The notes below the pieces were generated by a model. That model did no database searches, was not told the DNA's origin, and saw nothing but the letters and a program-made list of their open reading frames with translations. Source: a virus. From it: DNA of 64,000 bases. The translations under genes and the position numbers were made by a program. How positions within the stretch are numbered: position 1 is the first letter of the stretch; each line of letters opens with the position of its first letter. This document shows positions 10,581-20,955 of this stretch, piece after piece. The DNA lies in the IMG/VR virus record IMGVR_UViG_3300025131_000005, one strand, 5' to 3'.

Positions 10581-11431
10581 TTGGATTAGGCGGCGGCGGC
10601 TGTGCCGTAGCGGAAAAATTCTTATTTTATCCGCAGTATAGTGTTTATCTTATCGATACCGAAAAACATCCACATAAGCATTCTTTTCTCGTCGAGGCTC
10701 AGAATTCTCATCAGGCTTATGAGGAAAGCTTTCCCAATGTTCAAGAATTTCTAGAACGAACAAAGCCCCCTTACGCTGTTTTTGTTGGTGGCTCGGGTGC
10801 CATATCGGGAGCTATTTTGAGGCTCCTAGAACAAATCAAGTCCAAAGATATCGATCTCGTATATATAAAACCAGATGTTGATCTATTATCTGATTTGAGA
10901 CAGAAACAAGAGCGTCTTACATTTCATGTTCTTCAGCAGTATACTAGGAGTGTGTTGATTAAAAATATGTTCATTGTTTCTAATGACAATTGCGAAAAAT
11001 TAATTGGGGATTTGACCATCAGAAATTTTTATGATAAAATCAACGATTTAATTAGTTCAACATATCATATGTATAATGTTTTCACTAACATCGAGCCGAT
11101 AATGCAGACTCTATCGGAACCCTTAGAGATTGCCAGAATTGCAACGTTGGGATTTGTAGATGAGAAAGGAAATGAGAATCTTTTATATGACCTTCAGTTC
11201 CCCCGCGAAAAACATTATTACTATTCCATACACGCAGAAAATCTTGAAAACGATACGAAGCTTTTATCTCGCATTAAAAGTGAAATTCGTTCGAGGTTAG
11301 ATGGCAAAACAAGAGTTTCTTACTCTATTTTTCAGAACGACTATGGTCAGGACTATATCTATTCAGTTCATTTTGCTTCTTTGATCCAAGAAGAAAAATA
11401 TGATTTTTCTCTTGACAATGAGGGTATTTGA
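10568..11431 (+). CDS. Tubulin/FtsZ-like GTPase (divergent)
   Basis: N-terminal IIGLGGGGCAVAE, IDT, and a degenerate signature loop VGGSGAISG. Confidence 0.6.
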   Translation: MSTIIGLGGGGCAVAEKFLFYPQYSVYLIDTEKHPHKHSFLVEAQNSHQAYEESFPNVQEFLERTKPPYAVFVGGSGAISGAILRLLEQIKSKDIDLVYIKPDVDLLSDLRQKQERLTFHVLQQYTRSVLIKNMFIVSNDNCEKLIGDLTIRNFYDKINDLISSTYHMYNVFTNIEPIMQTLSEPLEIARIATLGFVDEKGNENLLYDLQFPREKHYYYSIHAENLENDTKLLSRIKSEIRSRLDGKTRVSYSIFQNDYGQDYIYSVHFASLIQEEKYDFSLDNEGI

Positions 11432-11440
11432 TACTATAGT
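11412..11440 (+). promoter_or_regulatory. Sigma70-type promoter upstream of ssb
   Basis: TTGACA-17 nt-TATAGT. Confidence 0.7.
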
Positions 11441-11498
11441 ATTGTTTAGCAGTTCGAGAGATTATTCGAATTGACTATACCTAAAAAGGAGAATTATA

Positions 11499-12245
11499 AT
11501 GGGTATTGATTTAGATAAAATGCGTGAAAAGTTAGATTCGGTTGAAAACCGTGGTGGGAAGAAGAACGCCTTCTGGCGTCCAGATGATGGCGAAACTGTC
11601 ATTCGACTTCTACCAACGTCAGATGGTGATCCCTTCAAGGAATTTTGGTTCCACTATAATGTAGGGGAAAATCCTGGTTTTCTGAGTCCCAAGAGAAATT
11701 TTGGAGAGGATGATGCGTTGGATAGCCTTGTTCGCAATTTATATCGCGAAGGTGGTGATGATAACATTCGTTTGGCCAAGAAGCTTGGAGCACGTCAGCG
11801 CTTCTTCACACCCGTCATTATACGTGGTAAGGAAGACGAAGGTGTCAAGATTTGGGGTTATGGTAAGATGGCTTATAAAGAGCTGTTAAACCTAGTATTA
11901 AACCCTGAGTATGGGGATATTACTGACCCATCTGAAGGAACTGATTTGGTCATTCAATATGGCAAACCAGTAGGGGCTCAATTCCCACAGACTTCCATTA
12001 CGCCACGTCGCAAGACGAGCCTTCTTTCTAAGGACGAGAATCAAACCCATGAGTGGCTTGATTCAATTCCAGAGATTTCGGAGCTTTTTGATCGCAAGAC
12101 TCCTCAAGATGTTCAATCAATGTTGGACGAGTTTTTGCTTACTCAAGAAGATGCCGAAGGGGTTTCGAAGGAGTCGGAGCGCTACGTTGCCAAAACAGAA
12201 GGATCTGATGTCGATAAGGCATTCAGCGAGCTTCTGAACGGGTAA
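11499..12245 (+). CDS. Single-stranded DNA-binding protein (T4 gp32-like)
   Basis: FWRPDDGETVIRLLP, PFKEFWFHY, GVKIWGYGK, YGDITDPSEGTDL motifs and an acidic C-terminal tail. Confidence 0.8.
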   Translation: MGIDLDKMREKLDSVENRGGKKNAFWRPDDGETVIRLLPTSDGDPFKEFWFHYNVGENPGFLSPKRNFGEDDALDSLVRNLYREGGDDNIRLAKKLGARQRFFTPVIIRGKEDEGVKIWGYGKMAYKELLNLVLNPEYGDITDPSEGTDLVIQYGKPVGAQFPQTSITPRRKTSLLSKDENQTHEWLDSIPEISELFDRKTPQDVQSMLDEFLLTQEDAEGVSKESERYVAKTEGSDVDKAFSELLNG

Positions 12246-12265
12246 CTGATACCCTCAACCGCAGG

Positions 12266-12298
12266 GAGGCACGGGTTTACAGGTGCCTCAATTTTTTT
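12266..12298 (+). terminator. Rho-independent terminator after ssb
   Basis: GAGGCAC/GTGCCTC stem followed by AATTTTTTT. Confidence 0.65.
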
Positions 12299-12463
12299 AA
12301 AAATAATTAAAAAAAATATTTTACATTTTCGAAAATGTTGGTATAATATAGATAATACCCGATAGTGGTCGAGGGTTAAAAAAAGATCACATTTAGAATA
12401 AAGGTGCACGTGCTACGGCAAACGCACCTTCCATGAAATGGCTATGGCCAAAGGAGAAGTATA

Positions 12464-13555
12464 ATGGAGATTCTTAAGAAAGCGAATACTGGCGCTACTA
12501 CCAGTGGTAAGAAGGCTAAGAAGGCTAAGAGCAATGTGAGAGTTCGAAAGGGCTTCAATAATAAAGGAACGATTGATCTCAATCAACTTCCCCCCTGCCA
12601 AATGAAATTTCAAGACGCGACGTTTTCACATTTCGAATGGCTAGAATTGCAATCAATTGATTTCAATTCTTCCAACTGGAAGAACATTGGTATCCGAGAC
12701 GATAAAGATTATCAATCCCGTCGTGAGAGCTTTCAAGTCGCTTTCAGGCTGAATGGTTATGATATGACGGAATTTCCTCCGTGTATCTGTACCAATGGAG
12801 AGCCGATAGAAGGTCGTACTCGCATCGCCGCAGCGCAAAAGAACGGAGAAAAATGGATGCCCGTTGCAATATACACTCGCACCAAAACAGGTTTGCGCAA
12901 TACTATAACAAACGGGCTGCGAGCTAACCAGAAGAAGCCACAATACAATTCTACTTTTGGTAATTTCGTCGCGTCAGGTGTTGAACTGATTCAAAAGGGT
13001 GTGCTTGCGAACACCGAGACAGCTGTTGATGATTGGCTCTATCATGACGTTGATATTAACCGCTCGTATGACAACCAGATCAACGGGATGGTTACAAAAA
13101 TCCGTAACGCAATTTTAAGTCGAAGCCGCCAGGGTCAAGGGTTGATCTGGCATATGACGAAGGCAGAAGCGGAGAAATGGATTTTGACAAGTCTCGGGCT
13201 AACCAAAGGCTCCTACGTTCTGGTCAATACGTCTGACAACAGTGGGGAGACCTATGCTGAACGCGCATGGCGACATGTCCGTGATGCTCTGAAGAACAAT
13301 CGCGCACCTGTGAGATTGATCTTTTACACCACTGATGATGATTCGGTGCTAGCCCGCGCTGGACTCAAGAAGTCTATGCAACATATAGAGAATTTATATG
13401 TTGATGCCTGGGAAGTAGTTAAGAGTCAGTTGCCGGCAGGAATTTCTCTCACAATCCCCACGGTACGACCCTTTATTTTCGAAGGCGCATTACCTCAGAT
13501 TATCCAGGCTCACCCTATCAATGGCTATAACTTGGTCCCGGTTAATAAGTACTAA
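12464..13555 (+). CDS. Hypothetical protein with ParB/Srx-like N-terminal domain
   Basis: PPCICTNGEPIEGRTRIAAA resembles the ParB-type (P-x-x-V...DG-x-H/T-R) motif; AGGAG SD and its own promoter at about 12320-12347. Confidence 0.45.
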   Translation: MEILKKANTGATTSGKKAKKAKSNVRVRKGFNNKGTIDLNQLPPCQMKFQDATFSHFEWLELQSIDFNSSNWKNIGIRDDKDYQSRRESFQVAFRLNGYDMTEFPPCICTNGEPIEGRTRIAAAQKNGEKWMPVAIYTRTKTGLRNTITNGLRANQKKPQYNSTFGNFVASGVELIQKGVLANTETAVDDWLYHDVDINRSYDNQINGMVTKIRNAILSRSRQGQGLIWHMTKAEAEKWILTSLGLTKGSYVLVNTSDNSGETYAERAWRHVRDALKNNRAPVRLIFYTTDDDSVLARAGLKKSMQHIENLYVDAWEVVKSQLPAGISLTIPTVRPFIFEGALPQIIQAHPINGYNLVPVNKY

Positions 13556-14442
13556 TGAGGTCTCCATTACGCTACCCTGGTGGCAAAACTCGTGCTGTAA
13601 AGCATATTTTGCCCCATATCCCAGATTGTGGGGAGCTTTGCGCCCCCTTTCTGGGGGGTGGCTCTCTTGAGTTGGCCATCGCTGCAAGAGGAACAAAGGT
13701 GTACGGTTACGACGACTTTGAACCTCTTATTTGGTTTTGGAAGGCTCTTCTAGAATCTCCCGAAGAGCTAGCAGATGAAGCCGATAAACTAAGAAAAGAG
13801 GACGAAGCTTATCCTCTGATAGAAGAAATAGAAGAAGAGAATAAGAATGGCGAGCTGGTAGTGAAACGCCGCTACGAAAGAGGACTTCCAAAGAAGAAAT
13901 TTAAAAAACTCCGAGACGAGTTGCGAGGTCAAACAACGTTTTCTCTGAAGAACGCTGCTAATTTTTATGCTATTAATCGCAGCAGCTTTTCAGGTGCCAC
14001 ATTCAGTGGAGGCTGGTCTAAGAAAGCATCGTATGCCAGATTCACTGATTCTTCTATTGAGAGGATAAGGGACTTTAAAGAGCCAAATTTGGTTGTTGAA
14101 CATGCAGATTTTAAAGATTCTATCTTGACACATCCAAATGCGTTCTTATACTTAGATCCTCCATACATGCTCTCTGAAAGAGAACGTGAAAAATTGTATG
14201 GAGATAAAGGAAATAAACACAAAGACTTTGATCACGAGGGACTTTTTGAGTTGTTGAAAGAGAGGAGCAAATGGGTATTATCTTATAGTGGAGATGTAGC
14301 AACCATAGAAGAGATGTACAAGGACTTTGACATAATTGACATGAGCGGAAAGTGGTCTTATGGGATGAAAAACGTTCAATCAAAAGAAATAAAAGAAAAG
14401 AAAGAAATGGGCAAGAGTTCAGAAATACTAATTATAGGGTAA
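13555..14442 (+). CDS. dam: DNA N6-adenine methyltransferase (Dam/D12 class)
   Basis: LRYPGGK, PFLGGGS and YLDPPY motifs. Confidence 0.9.
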   Translation: MRSPLRYPGGKTRAVKHILPHIPDCGELCAPFLGGGSLELAIAARGTKVYGYDDFEPLIWFWKALLESPEELADEADKLRKEDEAYPLIEEIEEENKNGELVVKRRYERGLPKKKFKKLRDELRGQTTFSLKNAANFYAINRSSFSGATFSGGWSKKASYARFTDSSIERIRDFKEPNLVVEHADFKDSILTHPNAFLYLDPPYMLSEREREKLYGDKGNKHKDFDHEGLFELLKERSKWVLSYSGDVATIEEMYKDFDIIDMSGKWSYGMKNVQSKEIKEKKEMGKSSEILIIG

Positions 14443-14447
14443 TGAAT

Positions 14448-15188
14448 ATGAAACCGATATTAAAGAATTGGCGAAAATATTTAAAGGAAATAAATGTCGC
14501 CGTAAAGGGTATAAAATACGAATCTACAATTGCTGCGGCGATGAATTCATTTTTCGAGAATAATTCGCTTGAGTACACAGCATCAGCCACAGGCGGTGCT
14601 GGTAAGGGAAGCGATGTTGAAGTTAAAGATTATAATGGCAACATAGTTCATACTTATGAGGTTAAAACTAGCAAAGGAACAAGAGTAGATTTTGGACAGT
14701 TCAGGGTTTCGTATGATTTAAGTACCGGCTGGACTCAAGCAACAGGATTAGATAATGATGTGGTTAAAGCTATTTTTCAAGAAGTAGAAAGCACACTAGA
14801 CAGTGAAGTTAGTCCAAAAATTGTTCCGTTCCCGGAGGGACCACGGTTAACATCTGATTCTGCAGCAATGTTTTGGGAATCTTACGTGGGACGCCCCAGA
14901 GAAAAGAGCTTAAGTGGAAATATTACTACGATTCCGGTATCTAAAGATTTAATTCAGCGTTATTACAGTGAAAAAGGTGACAATTTTATTATTCTTGGTG
15001 ATGATATTTATTCTTTGTCGGATAATATATTACCCTCACTATCGGAAGCGCTGCGAGAGAGCTATGTCGTTTTTAGAATAAAATATCATAGTAAAAATAA
15101 ATACTCGTATACGTTAGCACTCCGAGGCAAGTTTATAGACACGAAGGAAACAGATTTTGGTACAGCAATGAAGAAAATTTATTTCTAG
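14448..15188 (+). CDS. Putative PD-(D/E)xK nuclease-like protein with an MKPILKNWRKYLKE leader
   Basis: SDVEV...YEVKT resembles the PD-(D/E)xK core; the N-terminus matches that of 41865. Confidence 0.4.
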   Translation: MKPILKNWRKYLKEINVAVKGIKYESTIAAAMNSFFENNSLEYTASATGGAGKGSDVEVKDYNGNIVHTYEVKTSKGTRVDFGQFRVSYDLSTGWTQATGLDNDVVKAIFQEVESTLDSEVSPKIVPFPEGPRLTSDSAAMFWESYVGRPREKSLSGNITTIPVSKDLIQRYYSEKGDNFIILGDDIYSLSDNILPSLSEALRESYVVFRIKYHSKNKYSYTLALRGKFIDTKETDFGTAMKKIYF

Positions 15189-15250
15189 AATAAGAATTTC
15201 TTGACATCCAAGACAACGTTATTATATTATAGAAGTTATAAGGAGACTTC

Positions 15251-16342
15251 ATGGCAAAGAAAAATGGTAGATTAAACACATCAAAATTAATCGAGTTGAT
15301 TAATAAGAAAGCTGGAGAAACTTTGGCATATGACTTGACCAAAGATAACCCAACCGAAGTGAAGCAGTGGATTCCGACTGGCTCAACGTGGCTCAATAAG
15401 ATTATCTGTATTGGTAATACCAACGCTGGAATTCCTGTTGGTAAGGTCACAGAATTAGCTGGGCTAGAAAGCTCAGGTAAATCTTTTATGGCTGCTCAAA
15501 TTGCAGCAAACGCTCAAAAGATGGGATTTCAAGTTGTCTATTTCGATTCAGAGTCTGCTATCAGTCCTGGTTTTCTTGAGCAGGCAGGTTGTGATTTGGG
15601 GGGAGTGGCTTACGTTCAAGCTAAGTCTGTTGAATATGTTTTTGAAACTATGGAGGAACTTATCGGAGAGCTGGATGAAGGCGTCGTTTTTATTTGGGAC
15701 AGTGTTGCCCAAACCCCTACTCGCAAGATGTTAGATGAAGATTTTGATCCTCAGTCTTCTATCGGATATAAGGCGCGTCTTTTGTCTAAAGCTATGAAAA
15801 AGATAACGATTCCTTTAGCTAATAGTCAAAGTACCTTATTGGCTCTCAATCAATTGAAGACGAACATTACTACTGATAGAGCCTCGTTATTAACAGAACC
15901 ATATGTGACTCCTGGAGGTAAAGCACTCCCTTATTCATATTCTCTCCGTATATGGCTTACAGCTCGTAAAGCAAAGGCATCGTATGTAACAAATGTACAT
16001 GGATATAAAGTCGGATCTGAAGTAAAGGCACGCATCAAAAAATCACGTTTTGGATCCTTGGGAAGAGAATGCACCTTCAAAATTCTTTGGGGCAATGATG
16101 TTGGAATTCAAGATGAAGAAAGTTGGTTTGATGCCATTCAGCCATCTGAAAATTTACAACGCAACGGTGCATGGTATACATTAATGTATGACGATGGAAC
16201 TTCTGAGAAATTTCAGTTTACCAAGTGGGATGAAAAGATGAAGAACAAGAAGTTTAAGAATCGAGTATTAGAAATAATGGATGAGGTAGTGGTTCAAAGT
16301 TGGCATGCCTTAGAAGAAAATATTTCTAGTGTCGTTGAATAG
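15251..16342 (+). CDS. recA: RecA/UvsX recombinase
   Basis: Walker A GLESSGKS, YFDSE, FIWDSVA, LNQLK and PGGKALPY motifs. Confidence 0.92.
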   Translation: MAKKNGRLNTSKLIELINKKAGETLAYDLTKDNPTEVKQWIPTGSTWLNKIICIGNTNAGIPVGKVTELAGLESSGKSFMAAQIAANAQKMGFQVVYFDSESAISPGFLEQAGCDLGGVAYVQAKSVEYVFETMEELIGELDEGVVFIWDSVAQTPTRKMLDEDFDPQSSIGYKARLLSKAMKKITIPLANSQSTLLALNQLKTNITTDRASLLTEPYVTPGGKALPYSYSLRIWLTARKAKASYVTNVHGYKVGSEVKARIKKSRFGSLGRECTFKILWGNDVGIQDEESWFDAIQPSENLQRNGAWYTLMYDDGTSEKFQFTKWDEKMKNKKFKNRVLEIMDEVVVQSWHALEENISSVVE

Positions 16343-16365
16343 ATTGTGCTTACTATTTATACCAT

Positions 16366-16695
16366 ATGGAATTGAAGCACTTAATTAGAGAAGCTATTAG
16401 TGAATCGCTTTATGAAGCGAATATCATAATGAGATATGCTCGGGATGAAAATTTAACGTTAATTAATGATAAGTTGCGAGGGATTTGTGGTATCACAATT
16501 GTTGATGTATTTATCCCTACAAAAATAGTATCCAAACATGTTGATCTCGTTACTTTGAAAATTAAGTTCTTTTTGGGAAGACATGATCTACAACAACATA
16601 TGCATAAGATGTCAAATGAAGCTAGAAAGATTGAAGGTGTTTATTCTTTCATTCCCACCAGAGCCTCAAAGCTTAAAACCAAAAGTCATAAATAG
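16366..16695 (+). CDS. Hypothetical protein with an MELKHLIREAISESLYE leader
   Basis: ORF preceded by ACTATTTAT. Confidence 0.55.
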   Translation: MELKHLIREAISESLYEANIIMRYARDENLTLINDKLRGICGITIVDVFIPTKIVSKHVDLVTLKIKFFLGRHDLQQHMHKMSNEARKIEGVYSFIPTRASKLKTKSHK

Positions 16696-16703
16696 AGGTT
16701 AAA

Positions 16704-17672
16704 ATGTTAGTAAAAGGTCGTGTGTTGATCATCGATCAGCTCAATCTATTTTTACGTAATTACGTAATCAACCCATCTGAATCACAATGGGGTCCTATAG
16801 GCGGCGTCAAAGGCACCCTTCAATCCCTTCAGAAGCTTTGTAACGATATAAAGCCGGATTATATTGTGATTTGTTGGGACGGCGCAGGTGGTTCTCTCAA
16901 ACGCAAACAAATGAAGAAGGACTATAAAGAAGGGAGAGCACCTCTTCGTTTAAATCGTGCCTTCCGCGATCTCACTGAAGATGAAGAAAAGAAGAATAGA
17001 TTTTATCAAGAGATAAGAATGGTGGAATATTTTAACCAAATGCCTGTTATCCAACTTCGTTTTGACAATGTTGAAGCTGATGATATCGTCGCTTATGTTT
17101 CAAACTTACCTGAACTTGAAGAATGTGAAAAGGTGATTGTTTCAAATGATAAGGATTTTTTCCAACTTGTAACTGGCAAAACTGTATTAATGCGCCCTGT
17201 AGAAAAAAGTCGAGTATATAATACAAATGCAGTTCTTAATCAATATAGTATTCATCCCCATAATTTTGCTCTTGCAAAAACGATGATTGGAGATAAGAGT
17301 GACAATCTTCCAGGAATCTCAGGCGTAGGCGAGGGAAGAATCAAGAAGGATTTTCCTCAATTTATTAATGAAGAACAAATTACGATTGATGAATTGTTAG
17401 ATTATTGTCGTGAAAAATACGAAGAAAATAATAAACGAAAATTATGGAAAGAAGTTATTGACAACGAAGACGTAGTTAGGTTAAACTATAAAATGATGCA
17501 ACTTTATGCTCCACAATTATCTTTGGATCACAAAAAAGAAATTCGAGAGACTTTGGAGAATCCCGATTTAACTTTTGATAAAATGGAAGTTCTCAGGATG
17601 ATGATGAAAGATGAATTTGCACAAGTAAGTTTCTCAGGGCTTTTTCAAGCTTTTAAGAGAATGTCACAATAA
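16704..17672 (+). CDS. 5'-3' exonuclease / flap endonuclease (T4 RNase H, Pol I N-terminal-like)
   Basis: LIIDQLN, EADDIVA, VSNDKDFFQL and GDKSDNLPGISGVG motifs. Confidence 0.9.
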   Translation: MLVKGRVLIIDQLNLFLRNYVINPSESQWGPIGGVKGTLQSLQKLCNDIKPDYIVICWDGAGGSLKRKQMKKDYKEGRAPLRLNRAFRDLTEDEEKKNRFYQEIRMVEYFNQMPVIQLRFDNVEADDIVAYVSNLPELEECEKVIVSNDKDFFQLVTGKTVLMRPVEKSRVYNTNAVLNQYSIHPHNFALAKTMIGDKSDNLPGISGVGEGRIKKDFPQFINEEQITIDELLDYCREKYEENNKRKLWKEVIDNEDVVRLNYKMMQLYAPQLSLDHKKEIRETLENPDLTFDKMEVLRMMMKDEFAQVSFSGLFQAFKRMSQ

Positions 17673-17682
17673 AGAGGGTTTT

Positions 17683-19041
17683 ATGACTGAGGGTATGGAT
17701 TTTTCCAAATATGGAAAAGCGTTTCAAGAATCTCTAGCTCAAATAATATTTGAGGATCGTCCTTTCTGCGATCAGATAGAGGAGGTAATGGATGTAAGCT
17801 TTTTTGAATTAAAATATTTGAGAGCTTTCATGGGATTAATTCTGAATTATCGGCAGCAATATGGGGTGCACCCGTCATCCAATATTATTGCTTCGATTTT
17901 GAGAACAGAGATGGATGATTTATCTCCAGCGCTTCAAAAACAGGTAAGAGATTTTTATGTACGTGTCGAGGCCCGTGACGTGAGCGACAGGGAGTATATC
18001 AAGGACACAAGTTTAGATTTTTGTAAGAAACAGAAACTTAAAGAGGCTCTTATACAATCTGTGGATCTTATAAAAAGTTCCTCATATGATGAAGTTAAAC
18101 AAGTGATTGACGAAGCTTTAAAGCTTGGACTAGATGCTGATTATGGTCATGATTTTATAAAAGATTTTGAGGCACGCTATGAAATAAAAGCAAGAAATCC
18201 AATATCGACAGGGTGGGACAAGATCGATCAATTAACTAAAAATGGTATAGGAAGCGGGGAGTTAGGAGTAGTGATTGCTCCTACGGGCGCAGGCAAATCC
18301 ATGGCTTTATCTCATTTGGGCGCGACTGCCGTAAAGAATGGCAAAAATGTAGTACATTATACTTTAGAATTATCCGAAGCATTAACGGGACAACGATATG
18401 ATAGCTGTATTAGTGGAGTACCCCTAACCCAGCTTTTTGAAAGAAAAGATGAAGTATTAGAGGATATCGTAGATATCCCAGGTTCATTGGTGATTAAAGA
18501 ATACCCCACTCGAAGTGCGAGTAGTGTGACCATACGCAGGCATTTAGAAAAATTAAAAAAACAAAATCGGAAAATCGATATGATTATAGTAGATTACGCT
18601 GATTTGCTCAAACCCCAGAAAAATTATAAAGAGAAACGCAATGAATTGGAATCTATTTATGAAGACTTACGTGCAATTGCGCAAGAGTTTTATTGTCCTA
18701 TATGGACAGCATCTCAAACGAATCGTTCTGGATTAAATGCAGAAGTGGTGACTATGGAATCAATTTCGGAAGCTTTTAGTAAATGTTTTGTCGCAGATTT
18801 TATTTGTTCTATATCGAGAACAATTAAGGATAAGAATAGTAATCAAGCCCGAATGTTTATCGCCAAAAACCGCCACGGACCAGATGGATTAGTTTTTTCA
18901 ATGCACATGGATGCAGCATGTGTCAAATTACAAGTGATTGATAAACATCAGATTGGCGACATATTGCCAGCTTCAAGCCCTGCTGATTTAGCTCAAAAGC
19001 TTCGCGATAAATATAAACAACAAAGAATACAAGGAGGATAG
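17683..19041 (+). CDS. dnaB: Replicative DnaB-like helicase (gp41-like)
   Basis: Walker A APTGAGKS, YTLE, IIVDYADL, WTASQTNRS and KNRHGP motifs. Confidence 0.88.
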   Translation: MTEGMDFSKYGKAFQESLAQIIFEDRPFCDQIEEVMDVSFFELKYLRAFMGLILNYRQQYGVHPSSNIIASILRTEMDDLSPALQKQVRDFYVRVEARDVSDREYIKDTSLDFCKKQKLKEALIQSVDLIKSSSYDEVKQVIDEALKLGLDADYGHDFIKDFEARYEIKARNPISTGWDKIDQLTKNGIGSGELGVVIAPTGAGKSMALSHLGATAVKNGKNVVHYTLELSEALTGQRYDSCISGVPLTQLFERKDEVLEDIVDIPGSLVIKEYPTRSASSVTIRRHLEKLKKQNRKIDMIIVDYADLLKPQKNYKEKRNELESIYEDLRAIAQEFYCPIWTASQTNRSGLNAEVVTMESISEAFSKCFVADFICSISRTIKDKNSNQARMFIAKNRHGPDGLVFSMHMDAACVKLQVIDKHQIGDILPASSPADLAQKLRDKYKQQRIQGG

Positions 19042-19046
19042 CATTG

Positions 19047-20903
19047 ATGGAGATATCATCTAAAATTTTGTCAGATATTACAGTTCATATGAAATATGCC
19101 AGATACCTAGAGAAAGAGAAGAGAAGGGAGACTTGGGAAGAAATAGTAACCCGCAATAAGGAAATGCATAAGAAAAAATATCCAGAATTGGGTGAAGAAA
19201 TAGAAAAAGCCTATACTTATGTCTATGCCAAAAAAATCCTACCCTCTATGCGATCTATGCAATTCGGTGGTAAACCAATTGAAGTCGCTCCTAACCGCAT
19301 TTATAATTGCGCTTTTCTTCCTGTGGATGATTGGCTTAGCTTTCCTGAAACTATGTTCCTCTTACTTGGGGGAACGGGCGTCGGATTTTCTGTCCAAAAA
19401 CACCACGTGGAAAAACTTCCAGAAATTCTTAAGCCGCCAGGTAAACGCACTAAGAGGTTTTTGGTGGCGGATTCGATCGAGGGGTGGGCCGACGCAATCA
19501 AAGGATTGATGAAGAGTTACTTTTTTGGATCCACTAGACCACGTTTTGATTTTTCTGATATCCGTCCGAAGGGCACCAAACTAGTTACCAGTGGGGGAAA
19601 AGCCCCCGGTTCCCAACCTTTAAGAGAATGTCTTGTCAAGGTTGAGGGGATTTTGCAGCAAAAGGAGAATGGTGATAAATTACGTCCTATCGAAGTCCAT
19701 GATATTGTTTGTTATATTGCTGACGCTGTTCTTGCCGGGGGCATTCGTCGCGCTGCTCTTATATCATTGTTTTCAGCCGACGATGAAGAGATGTTGGCAG
19801 CCAAAGCAGGAAATTGGTGGGAAGAAAATCCCCAACGCGGAAGAGCAAATAATTCAGTAGTTCTCTTACGTCATCGTATTTCTAGAGAATATTTTATGGA
19901 TCTTTGGGAAAGAGTGAAAGCTTCCGGATGTGGGGAGCCAGGATTTTATTTTAGCAATGACAAAGATTGGGGAACAAATCCCTGCTGTGAAATTGCCCTG
20001 CGTCCTTATCAGTTTTGTAACTTGACGGAGGTGAATACTTCTGATTTAGAAACCCAAGAGGAATATAATGATAGAGTAAGGACAGCATCTTTTATTGGCA
20101 CACTACAGGCGGGTTATACAGATTTTCATTATCTCCGTGATGTATGGCAAAAGCAAACCGAGAAAGAAGCATTGATAGGTGTTTCCATGACTGGTATTGC
20201 ATCAGAAAAAGTTTTGGGATTAGATATGACAAAAGCCGCGCAGGCAGTCAAAAGAGAAAACGCTAGGATAGCGAAAATAATTGGTATCAAATCCGCAGCT
20301 CGTTGTACAACTGTAAAGCCTGCAGGCACCACTTCCTTAGCTCTTGGAACTTCAAGTGGAATACATCCATGGCACAGCGAACATTATATTAGAAGAATTC
20401 GTGTTGGGAAAAATGAATCAATTTATACATATTTGCTCATTCATCATCCGGAATTGGTTGAAGACGAATATTTTCGCCCTTATGATACTGCAGTAATCAG
20501 TGTACCTCAAAAAGCTCCAGATGGTGCGATAACACGCAAGGAGAGCGCCCTGCAACTTCTAAAGAGGATTAAGAGGGTTACTAAAGAATGGGTTGAACCA
20601 GGCACCCGTCGAGGTCAAAATACGCATAATATTTCTGCCACCCTTTCAATTAGAAACGATGAGTGGATAGATGTTGGCGATTGGATGTGGGAAAATCGTG
20701 ATTGTTATAATGGATTATCTGTTTTGCCTTATGATGAACATATTTATAAGCAAGCTCCTTTTGAAGAATGTTCAAAAGAAAGATATCAGGTATTATATGA
20801 TACTTTACAAGAAGTTGATTTAACGCAAATTGCTGAATTTGAAGATAACACAGATTTGCAGGGAGAACTAGCATGTTCGGGTGGAAGTTGCGAACTAACT
20901 TAG
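19047..20903 (+). CDS. nrdJ: Class II (B12-dependent) ribonucleotide reductase
   Basis: YNCAF, NPCCEI...FCNLTE, TTVKPAGT and C-terminal ACSGGSCE; no beta subunit adjacent. Confidence 0.88.
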   Translation: MEISSKILSDITVHMKYARYLEKEKRRETWEEIVTRNKEMHKKKYPELGEEIEKAYTYVYAKKILPSMRSMQFGGKPIEVAPNRIYNCAFLPVDDWLSFPETMFLLLGGTGVGFSVQKHHVEKLPEILKPPGKRTKRFLVADSIEGWADAIKGLMKSYFFGSTRPRFDFSDIRPKGTKLVTSGGKAPGSQPLRECLVKVEGILQQKENGDKLRPIEVHDIVCYIADAVLAGGIRRAALISLFSADDEEMLAAKAGNWWEENPQRGRANNSVVLLRHRISREYFMDLWERVKASGCGEPGFYFSNDKDWGTNPCCEIALRPYQFCNLTEVNTSDLETQEEYNDRVRTASFIGTLQAGYTDFHYLRDVWQKQTEKEALIGVSMTGIASEKVLGLDMTKAAQAVKRENARIAKIIGIKSAARCTTVKPAGTTSLALGTSSGIHPWHSEHYIRRIRVGKNESIYTYLLIHHPELVEDEYFRPYDTAVISVPQKAPDGAITRKESALQLLKRIKRVTKEWVEPGTRRGQNTHNISATLSIRNDEWIDVGDWMWENRDCYNGLSVLPYDEHIYKQAPFEECSKERYQVLYDTLQEVDLTQIAEFEDNTDLQGELACSGGSCELT

Positions 20904-20906
20904 TAC

Positions 20907-20934
20907 TTGACTTTTTCATGAATGTGACTATAAT
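20907..20934 (+). promoter_or_regulatory. Sigma70-type promoter
   Basis: TTGACT-16 nt-TATAAT. Confidence 0.6.
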
Positions 20935-20955
20935 ACAGATAATAAGGAGGACGTA

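Noticed and set aside
10568-11431. Nucleus-forming (chimallin) phage
   Set aside because: A tubulin-like gene alone is insufficient. No chimallin or multisubunit RNAP gene is recognisable, and sigma-type promoters imply use of host RNAP.
12395-12450. c-di-GMP-I riboswitch (GGCAAAC seen)
   Set aside because: The second hairpin with its GNRA loop and receptor is missing; this is a simple leader hairpin.
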